Source: Alistipes onderdonkii (GTDB taxonomy: Bacteria; Bacillota; Clostridia; Lachnospirales; Lachnospiraceae). From it: a stretch of DNA of 20,789 bases. The position numbers and the translations under genes were made by a program. The notes under the pieces are model-generated. The model made no database searches and was not told the origin of the DNA. It worked only from the letters and a program-made list of their open reading frames with translations. Every line of letters begins with the position of its first letter. Position 1 is the stretch's first letter. Below, piece after piece: positions 13,537-20,408 of this stretch. The stretch spans positions 1-20,789 of the forward strand of contig CAVFGF010000020.1 in NCBI GenBank assembly GCA_963621925.1. Direction: 5' to 3'.

Positions 13537-14892
13537 TTATACCTGCATCGACATTCCGGCCGGGATCAGCACCAGAAGCATCACCACAACCAGCATCATA
13601 ACCATGGGAAATAAAAGCCTGGTCGAAGCTTTTTCTCCCTGTTCTCTGGCCAATTCCTTTCTCTGCTCAAAGGCCTCGGCCACCTCTGCCTCCAAAAGCA
13701 AACTCAAGCCCTTGTTTCCCTTCTTCAGATTCTGCTCCAGCAAAGCCGAAAGCTTCAGATAGCAGGGCAGGCGGCAGCGAATTCCGAAATTTTCATAGGC
13801 CCGCCCCTCCGAAACTCCGTTTTGGAGCTCCCGCCCGGTAAGAGCCATCTCCTCATAGACATAGCAATGCTTTCCGCCGGCCTCTTTTTTGCGTTCATAG
13901 TCTCTGACCATCGTCTCCCAGGCTGTCCGCACGGCACTGCCTGCGCCCATCAGCAGCACCAGCTTGCTGACCACCTGTGCATAATCCCGGCGAAGCTCCC
14001 ATTCCCGTTTTTCTATCTGCTTTTTGACCTCCTGATCCTTCGCGGTATACAAGGCCGCCAAAACAGCCAAGGTCAGCACCGGCACCAGCCATACCACAGA
14101 GCTTTTTTTCTCCTTCCAGCTTATCGGGATGCCGTCTACCTCCGTGGGGAGCGCTTTTCTCTCCTCCAGTCTGGAATCCGTCTGCATGGCCTGAATTGCT
14201 TCCAGAAGTGCTTCCTTCCATTGCTGCACAGGACTTAGAAGAGCCGGCAAAACCCGGGCATAGGCTGTATAGATACTTTTTTGGCCCTCACAGGTGAGAA
14301 TACCCCTCAATTCGACGATGGTTCCTTCCTCCGTTACCTTATCTGTCCGAATACTTCCGTCCAGATTCAGGACCTCGTAGGAATCCAGCTCCCACTCTAC
14401 GCTGATGTCTGTCCCGTCGATCTCCCGGATCAGATTCAAATCACTGCGAACCTCCTCCAGGGAAGCATTCTCCCCCAGAATATAGCCTTCCATCTTTTCG
14501 GTCTCTTCCTTCAGCAAAGCCTCTATCTCCTCACTTGTCAGGGCCCGGGGCTCCACCTCCAGCGTCATCTCTTCCCTTTCCTTTCCGGACTCCTGGGCCG
14601 GAATTACCAAAAGCTCCTCTGTATATTCTTTTTCCTTTCTCGGCAGAAAATATCCATCCTGTAAAAAGGACTCTGTCGCCTCGCTCACAGCCACCGCCCC
14701 TGTCAGAAGGATGCCGCCCGCCAGCACCAGCAAAAGAAGCTTTCGTTTTTCTTTGTAAAATATTTCCAGTTCCGCATCGATATTTCTTTCTGTATGCAGG
14801 ATCAGAAAGTTTTCAGCCACTGCCTTCTGCCCCGGATAGCCTTTTTTTCTTATACTCAATAATTTTCGGTTCATCCTCTCCAACAGTTTCAC
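13537..14892 (-). CDS. TadC-like T2SS-F-family platform protein with a large extracytoplasmic insert, 451 aa
   Basis: The C-terminal ~170 aa look T2SSF-like (…EAFEQRKELAREQGEKASTRLLFPMVMMLVVVML). The GTG start is 1 nt after the tadB-like stop, with GAGGTG upstream. TM helices lie near aa 52-70 and aa 264-283, with about 190 aa between them. Confidence 0.85.
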   Translation of the reverse strand: MKLLERMNRKLLSIRKKGYPGQKAVAENFLILHTERNIDAELEIFYKEKRKLLLLVLAGGILLTGAVAVSEATESFLQDGYFLPRKEKEYTEELLVIPAQESGKEREEMTLEVEPRALTSEEIEALLKEETEKMEGYILGENASLEEVRSDLNLIREIDGTDISVEWELDSYEVLNLDGSIRTDKVTEEGTIVELRGILTCEGQKSIYTAYARVLPALLSPVQQWKEALLEAIQAMQTDSRLEERKALPTEVDGIPISWKEKKSSVVWLVPVLTLAVLAALYTAKDQEVKKQIEKREWELRRDYAQVVSKLVLLMGAGSAVRTAWETMVRDYERKKEAGGKHCYVYEEMALTGRELQNGVSEGRAYENFGIRCRLPCYLKLSALLEQNLKKGNKGLSLLLEAEVAEAFEQRKELAREQGEKASTRLLFPMVMMLVVVMLLVLIPAGMSMQV

Positions 14893-14893
14893 G

Positions 14894-15631
14894 CTACACC
14901 TCGATTTCCAGCATTCGCTTTCCCAGATACCAGGCCGCCAGATATAAGCCCAGACATCCGGTCATCACACATACCCCTACCACATTTTTATAAACCGGAT
15001 TCATAAATCCCGGGCAGCCCATCCGCAGATACAGAACGATCCCGAAGGGAATCAGATTCATGATCCTCTGCTCATAACGCCTGGAAGCAAGAGCCGCAGC
15101 GATGGCTCGCTCGGTCTCCACTGTCTGCGCGATGGTCCGTGCCGTATCCTCCAAAATTCCGATGAGATCCCCGCCGTTTCGCTTGCCTACCACGAAGATC
15201 TCCGCAAAGGTTTCTGCTTCTGAAAGGCTGCTGCGTTCCGCAAAATCCTGTATCGCAGCCTCCAACGTCTGGTTGGAATCCATGCGCCTCTGCATCGCAG
15301 CCAGCTCCTGTACCATATCGCTACCCTCGTCATAAAGAAGACGCAGATCCTTCCCGGCTTCCCGCACGGCATTTTCTACCGAATATCCGGCGGCCAATGC
15401 AGCGGCCATCGCCTGCACCGCATCCTTGAACTGTCCCTTCAGGACTTCCTTTCGTTTCGCCTGCAGCACCTTTTTCTTTTCCCGAAAATACCAGTATGCT
15501 ACGAGCGGCCACAGCAACATCGCAAACAGCGAGTTGTAAAAACAAAAGGCGATGATACCCGTGACAGCGCCCGCCTCCAGCCCGTAGCGCAGATACTCCC
15601 TGCGGCTGAAACGATACACCCGATAATCCAT
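14894..15631 (-). CDS. TadB-like T2SS-F-family platform protein, 245 aa
   Basis: N-terminal TM helix, a helical cytoplasmic T2SSF-type domain and C-terminal TM helices. The ATG lies 3 nt after the cpaF stop. Confidence 0.85.
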   Translation of the reverse strand: MDYRVYRFSRREYLRYGLEAGAVTGIIAFCFYNSLFAMLLWPLVAYWYFREKKKVLQAKRKEVLKGQFKDAVQAMAAALAAGYSVENAVREAGKDLRLLYDEGSDMVQELAAMQRRMDSNQTLEAAIQDFAERSSLSEAETFAEIFVVGKRNGGDLIGILEDTARTIAQTVETERAIAAALASRRYEQRIMNLIPFGIVLYLRMGCPGFMNPVYKNVVGVCVMTGCLGLYLAAWYLGKRMLEIEV

Positions 15632-15634
15632 CTT

Positions 15635-16879
15635 CTATCCGCCTCCTATCCCGGCCGCCAGAAGCTTATCCCGATGCAGAAGCTCGCCTTTTTGAAGCAG
15701 TCTCCCTGTTACCTGCATATTTTTTTCCTGCCCCGGCTCCTCCTCAAAGGCAAAGAGACTCCGCAATCGAATTTCTCCCTCCTCAATGCCGTTTATCTCC
15801 ACGATCTCCAGCACCTTCCTGCTGCCGTCCCGGAGGCGGCCCAGGTGTACAATCAGATCCACACCGGAGGCGATCTGCCGTCTGATGGCCGCCAGCGGCA
15901 GGTCCATTCCCATCAGCACCATGGTTTCCAGACGGGACAGCATATCACCGGGGCTGTTGGCATGGCCCGTACTCAATGAGCCGTCATGCCCTGTATTCAT
16001 CGCCTGCAGCATATCTATGGCCTCCGCCCCGCGAATCTCCCCGACGATGATCCGATCCGGACGCATACGCAGGGAGGTCCGGATCAAATCCCGGATCGTA
16101 ATCTCCCGCTCCCCCTCCAGATTCGCATTTCTTGCCTCCAGCGTCACCAGATTCTCGACACGATCGAGCTGCAGCTCTGCATTATCCTCGATGGTGATCA
16201 CCCGCTCATCCGGCGGAATATACTCGGAAAGAGCATTGAGAACTGTCGTTTTCCCTGAGCCGGTTCCGCCGCTTACAAAGATGTTATATCCGGCCTTTAC
16301 AACCTTCTGTAAAAATACAGCCGCCTCCTCACTTAAGGCTCCCCATTCCAGCAGCTTCTGCATCCGCACCGGCTCCTTCGGAAATCGGCGAATCGTCACC
16401 ACCGGGCCGTTCAGAGCCACCGGATCGAGCACAATATTGACTCGGGAGCCGTCCGCCAGTCTGGCATCCGCAATGGGACTCGCCTTTGATACGCTCCGGT
16501 TACAGTAGCTGACGATCTGCTGCACCACATCCTCCAGCTTTTCTTTGGAAGAAAAACTCCGCTCCCACTTCCTCAGCTTTCCGTTTTTTTCGACAAAAAT
16601 ATCTCTTGGGCCGTTCACCATCACCTCCGTTACATCCGGATCCTCGATGAGCTCCTGCAGCATATCGAGACGCCGCATACCATGAAAAAGCTCCTTCCTG
16701 AGCCGCAGCTTCTCCTCCAGGAGCAGATAGGATTCCCGATTGAAGCGCAGGATCTCCCCGTCAATCAGCTCCTGCACCTCCTCATCCGACAGCTCCCTTG
16801 AGAGATCCAGCCGCTCCTGCACTCGTTTTCGAAGCCGTTCTGACAGCTCCTCCATATTCCTTCTCACGGTCCGCACCAC
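15635..16879 (-). CDS. cpaF: CpaF/TadA-type secretion ATPase, 414 aa
   Basis: Walker A VSGGTGSGKTT. Walker B/Asp box RIIVGEIRG. His box TGHDGSLSTGHAN. GTG start with GAGGG 6 nt upstream. Overlaps the previous gene by 16 nt. Confidence 0.95.
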   Translation of the reverse strand: MVRTVRRNMEELSERLRKRVQERLDLSRELSDEEVQELIDGEILRFNRESYLLLEEKLRLRKELFHGMRRLDMLQELIEDPDVTEVMVNGPRDIFVEKNGKLRKWERSFSSKEKLEDVVQQIVSYCNRSVSKASPIADARLADGSRVNIVLDPVALNGPVVTIRRFPKEPVRMQKLLEWGALSEEAAVFLQKVVKAGYNIFVSGGTGSGKTTVLNALSEYIPPDERVITIEDNAELQLDRVENLVTLEARNANLEGEREITIRDLIRTSLRMRPDRIIVGEIRGAEAIDMLQAMNTGHDGSLSTGHANSPGDMLSRLETMVLMGMDLPLAAIRRQIASGVDLIVHLGRLRDGSRKVLEIVEINGIEEGEIRLRSLFAFEEEPGQEKNMQVTGRLLQKGELLHRDKLLAAGIGGG

Positions 16880-17835
16880 CTTTTTCCCTCTGCCTTTGCC
16901 AATTGTTCAAGTCCGTCTGCCGCGGACAAATCCAGCTTCTGCGTCCGCTCCAATACGGCCTCGAGTCCCAGCTGCCGCATACTCTCCTCGTATTGCCTGA
17001 CCTTGGCTTCGGCTCTCTCATCCCGCGCAACAGGCATATAGATACTCTGACAATCCTCCAAAAGCTCATACCAGCCATCTGCTGCCTCGCTCAAATCCAG
17101 AAGCACCACCTCGTAGCGGCTCTCCTCTTCCAGAAGCGCCAGCAGCCTTTTCCAATCCTTTCGTGTCACGCTTTCATACTCAACGGGAGAGCGAAGCGGC
17201 GGAATATAATCCAGCTCTCCCATCGAACGAATCAGCCCCTCCAGCTTCCATCCGAAAGCCGGCTTCCCCTGCTTTACAAAATACAAAAGCTCCGACAGAC
17301 TCCAGCCCTCCTCCGAAGGATACAGACTTTCAAAGCCGGAATATGCCTCCAGATTCAGGTACAATGTTCTCTTTTTTTTCGCCAGCTCCTTCCCAAGCGT
17401 CAGTGCGAAATCCGTCTTACCGCTTCTTCCCACCGGCGAATAAAGACCGATGCGCTGCAATGCGCCGGTGCGCAGCACCGTACCGGAGGACACTTTCGCC
17501 TGCTCGGCATAGAAGTTCATCGCCTGCTGTAAAATCCGCGAACAGGACTGATACTTATAAAGCACCTCCCCTTCTCTCTCCGAACCGGAGCGATACTCTT
17601 CTTCCGCCAATAAAATGACACTTCCGTATTCTTCATTCTTCGGTAATTCCTCTGATAGTTCCTCTGACAGCAGCAGAATATCTATCGGATGCTCCTTCGT
17701 ATAGGCGGAAAGCTCCGCACAGTCGGTAAATCCATGGACTGACAGCATAGAAGCCTGCCTGCGGTTTGCGAATTCCGTAAATCGCAACACATACTCCCGT
17801 TCCCTGCTGCAGACCGCTATCTGCCTTTCTCTCAT
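16864..17835 (-). CDS. CpaE/TadZ-like protein: receiver-like N-domain plus ParA/MinD-like ATPase domain with a deviant P-loop, 323 aa
   Basis: P-loop-like IGLYSPVGRSGKTDFALTLG. N-terminal ~110 aa with receiver-like alternation (IAVCSRE...IDILLLSEE). Located directly upstream of cpaF. Confidence 0.8.
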   Translation of the reverse strand: MRERQIAVCSREREYVLRFTEFANRRQASMLSVHGFTDCAELSAYTKEHPIDILLLSEELSEELPKNEEYGSVILLAEEEYRSGSEREGEVLYKYQSCSRILQQAMNFYAEQAKVSSGTVLRTGALQRIGLYSPVGRSGKTDFALTLGKELAKKKRTLYLNLEAYSGFESLYPSEEGWSLSELLYFVKQGKPAFGWKLEGLIRSMGELDYIPPLRSPVEYESVTRKDWKRLLALLEEESRYEVVLLDLSEAADGWYELLEDCQSIYMPVARDERAEAKVRQYEESMRQLGLEAVLERTQKLDLSAADGLEQLAKAEGKRWCGP

Positions 17836-17838
17836 GTC

Positions 17839-17961
17839 CTAAATCCCGGAATACAGCAGCACACCGGTCGCAGCACTCAGACAAAGCTCCACCGCCAAAA
17901 ATGCTGCTGCAATCTCAAAAACCCGGGACCACTCCCCTTCTCTTTTCTCTGTTACTATCAA
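17839..17961 (-). CDS. Possible 40-aa membrane peptide, first cistron of the Tad operon (TTG start)
   Basis: The frame TTG ATA GTA ... ATT TAG encodes (M)IVTEKREGEWSRVFEIAAAFLAVELCLSAATGVLLYSGI. GGAAGGAGG lies 12 nt upstream. Its stop codon is 3 nt from the cpaE-like ATG, which has no well-spaced SD of its own. It is below the ORF-track size cut-off. Confidence 0.3.
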   Translation of the reverse strand: MIVTEKREGEWSRVFEIAAAFLAVELCLSAATGVLLYSGI

Positions 17962-18030
17962 ATTCTTACAGTTCCTCCTTCCGCTTCTTTTTCTTTCTGG
18001 AATTTTCGTTTGATCTAAACCTGAGACAGT

Positions 18031-18051
18031 ATCGGCAGTTCCTCTGCCGAT
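18031..18051. other. Perfect 8-bp stem-loop in the Tad operon leader region
   Basis: ATCGGCAG-TTCCT-CTGCCGAT. It lies between the MITE-like element and the first Tad cistron. Confidence 0.5.
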
Positions 18052-18067
18052 CTTTTGTAAGAAAATT

Positions 18068-18243
18068 GTAACTATTCAGAACCAGCCCGAAGCACTTGCT
18101 GCTGAGGGTGTATGAAAATGATTCAACAATGCAAAATCCCATCGGCGAAGCCGATTTTCATGGATTTTGCATCGTAACTGTTGCAAAGCATCCGTGAGGA
18201 ATTGCCAGTGGCAAGTCCTTAGGTGAAGGTACTGAACAGTTAC
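18068..18243 (+). mobile_element. 176-bp non-autonomous MITE-like element with terminal inverted repeats and an 8-bp target-site duplication
   Basis: The termini are GTAACTATTCAGAACC (18068..18083) and the reverse complement of 18228..18243, GTAACTGTTCAGTACC (14/16 match). Identical direct repeats AGAAAATT abut both ends (18060..18067 and 18244..18251). There is no conserved ORF and the interior is highly self-complementary. A second copy lies at 1..55. Confidence 0.7.
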
Positions 18244-18370
18244 AGAAAATTATGTAAACAAAGTATATCCCGCAGCCTCTCCTTTGTCTATTGGAAGATT
18301 TTCACAAAATTTTCCATGCAGTTCACCTCCTATATCGCTCCAATGCCGCAGAAAATAAGGATTTCTGATA

Positions 18371-18410
18371 TACAAAAAGAGCAGAAATATCCATAGAATA
18401 TTTCTGCTCT
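18371..18410 (-). terminator. metG rho-independent terminator
   Basis: Perfect 13-bp stem AGAGCAGAAATAT (18378..18390) / ATATTTCTGCTCT (18398..18410) with a 7-nt loop, followed on the minus strand by TTTTTGT. It lies about 35 nt after the metG stop. Confidence 0.8.
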
Positions 18411-18443
18411 TTCCATATTTTTACAATTTATAGCATCGGCGTA

Positions 18444-20408
18444 TTAACAGATCTCCGCGCCTGCCGGCATCTCCTTCTCCGGCGTCATCAGAGCCAGATT
18501 GCCCTCTGCGTCCTCGGCACAAAGAAGCATTCCCTCCGAAAGGATCCCTGCCAGCTTCGCAGGCTTCAGGTTTACGACCACCATAACCTTCTTGCCGACC
18601 ATCTCCTCCGGTGTATAATGCGCCTTGATTCCGGACACGATCTGCTTAACCTGACTTCCGATACGAACCTGTGAACACAGAAGCTTCTTCGACTTCTTGA
18701 CCGCCTCGCAGGCAATGATTTCGCCTACCTGGAACTGCAGCTTCTCGAAATCCTCAAAGGTAATCTCTGCCTTGGGCTCGATATCGATGACCTCAGCCGT
18801 CTCCTCCTTCGTTTCCTCCGGTTCAGCCTGCGCCTCGGCTCTCTTTGCCTCGACCTTCTCCAGAACCTCCTTGACATCCAGACGTGCAAACAGGATCTCC
18901 GGCTTGTCCGTTACCTTATTGCCGGACTGATAGAGGCCAAACATATTCATAACCTCCAGGGAACGCTTTCTGGCGCCCAGCTGTGCCAGGATCTTCTCGG
19001 CAGTCTCCGGCATGAACGGCTCTAAGAGGCTCGCTCCGATGCTGATGCTCTCCACCAGGTTGTAGAGCACCGTCGCCAGACGATCCTTCTTGCTCTCGTC
19101 CTTCGCCAGAGCCCAGGGCATCGTCTCGTCGATGTATTTATTGCAGCGCTTGAAGAGATTGAAGATCTCCGTGATAGCATCTGCCACCCGCAGCTCATCC
19201 ATTTTTGCCGTCGCCTTCTCTGCCGCCTGAACTGCCGTCTCCCGAAGCTCGCGGTCTACCGGCTCCAGTACGCCTGCGTTGTTTACGACACCGTCGAAGT
19301 ACTTATTGGACATGGATACGGTACGGTTTACCAGATTACCCAGGGTGTTTGCCAGATCGGAGTTCATTCGTTCCACCATCAGCTCCCAGCTAATCACACC
19401 GTCGTTGTCAAAGGGCATCTCATGCAATACGAAATAACGCACTGCGTCTACGCCAAACATCTCTACCAGCTCGTCCGCATACAGCACATTTCCCTTGGAC
19501 TTGCTCATCTTTCCGTCACCCTGCAAAAGCCACGGATGGCCGAATACCTGCTTCGGCAGCGGCAGATCGAGAGCCATCAGGAAGATCGGCCAATAGATCG
19601 TATGGAAACGGATGATATCCTTACCGATCAGGTGCAGATCCGCCGGCCAGTTCTTCTTGAATAAATCGCTCGATTCTCCGTCACACGCATAGCCGATGCC
19701 GGTAATATAGTTCGTCAGCGCATCCAGCCATACATAAACCACATGCTTCGGATCGAAGTCAACCGGAATTCCCCATTTAAAGGAGGTACGGGATACGCAC
19801 AGATCCTGCAGACCCGGAAGCAGGAAATTGTTCATCATCTCATTTTTTCTGGATACCGGCTGAATGAATTCCGGATGCTTGTTAATATGGTCGATCAAGC
19901 GATCCGCATATTTACTCATACGGAAGAAATAAGCCTCCTCCTTTGCCGGCTGCACCTCACGGCCGCAGTCCGGACACTTGCCGTCTACCAGCTGTGACTG
20001 GGTCCAGAAGGACTCACAGGGCGTACAATACATACCCTCGTAAGCGCCCTTATAGATATCTCCCTGATCATAGAGCTTCTTGAAAATCTTCTGTACCTGC
20101 TTCTCATGATAATCATCGGTGGTTCGGATAAATTTATCGTAGGAAGTGTTCATCAGATCCCAGATGCGCTTGATCTCGGTGGATACGTTGTCTACGAATT
20201 CCTTCGGCGTCACGCCTGCCTCCTCGGCCTTCAGCTCGATCTTCTGACCGTGCTCATCGGTACCGGTCTGGAAAAATACATCATATCCCTGAAATCTCCG
20301 ATAACGGGCAATGGCATCTGCCAATACAATTTCGTAGGTATTGCCGATATGGGGCTTACCGGAAGTATAGGCAATGGCCGTGGTCATATAAAATTTTTTC
20401 TTTTCCAT
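18444..20408 (-). CDS. metG: Methionine--tRNA ligase with a C-terminal tRNA-binding (Trbp111/EMAP-like) domain, 654 aa
   Basis: HIGH motif (KPHIGNTYE). KMSKS (DGKMSKSKGN). Zinc knuckle CTPCESF...CPDCGRE. C-terminal ITFEDFEKLQFQVGEIIACEAV...KPAKLAGILSEGMLLCA. AGAGGA lies 6 nt upstream of the ATG. Confidence 0.97.
   Translation of the reverse strand: MEKKKFYMTTAIAYTSGKPHIGNTYEIVLADAIARYRRFQGYDVFFQTGTDEHGQKIELKAEEAGVTPKEFVDNVSTEIKRIWDLMNTSYDKFIRTTDDYHEKQVQKIFKKLYDQGDIYKGAYEGMYCTPCESFWTQSQLVDGKCPDCGREVQPAKEEAYFFRMSKYADRLIDHINKHPEFIQPVSRKNEMMNNFLLPGLQDLCVSRTSFKWGIPVDFDPKHVVYVWLDALTNYITGIGYACDGESSDLFKKNWPADLHLIGKDIIRFHTIYWPIFLMALDLPLPKQVFGHPWLLQGDGKMSKSKGNVLYADELVEMFGVDAVRYFVLHEMPFDNDGVISWELMVERMNSDLANTLGNLVNRTVSMSNKYFDGVVNNAGVLEPVDRELRETAVQAAEKATAKMDELRVADAITEIFNLFKRCNKYIDETMPWALAKDESKKDRLATVLYNLVESISIGASLLEPFMPETAEKILAQLGARKRSLEVMNMFGLYQSGNKVTDKPEILFARLDVKEVLEKVEAKRAEAQAEPEETKEETAEVIDIEPKAEITFEDFEKLQFQVGEIIACEAVKKSKKLLCSQVRIGSQVKQIVSGIKAHYTPEEMVGKKVMVVVNLKPAKLAGILSEGMLLCAEDAEGNLALMTPEKEMPAGAEIC

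Noticed and set aside
17372-17379. Other homopolymer runs inside Tad genes as phase-variation switches: T8 at 17372..17379, T7 at 16584..16590, 14842..14848 and 12743..12749.
   Set aside because: They encode Lys runs on the coding strand, are 8 nt or shorter, and nothing in the sequence indicates length heterogeneity.
17633-17884. 83-aa ORF (TTG start) spanning the cpaE-like start region.
   Set aside because: It is out of frame with the 5' end of the cpaE-like gene and with the better-supported 40-codon ORF. It has no RBS and an implausible Cys/Arg/Gly-rich sequence.
18031-18057. The hairpin ATCGGCAG-TTCCT-CTGCCGAT followed by CTTTTGT, read as a plus-strand intrinsic terminator.
   Set aside because: No plus-strand gene or convincing promoter lies upstream of it, and the T-run is short and interrupted. 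I kept it only as a stem-loop in the minus-strand Tad leader.
18112-18177. 21-codon ORF inside the MITE-like element (MKMIQQCKIPSAKPIFMDFAS), with GAGG 4 nt upstream.
   Set aside because: In the second copy (reverse complement of 1..17) the same ATG is followed immediately by TAA. The reading frame is therefore not conserved between copies, and the element is treated as non-coding.
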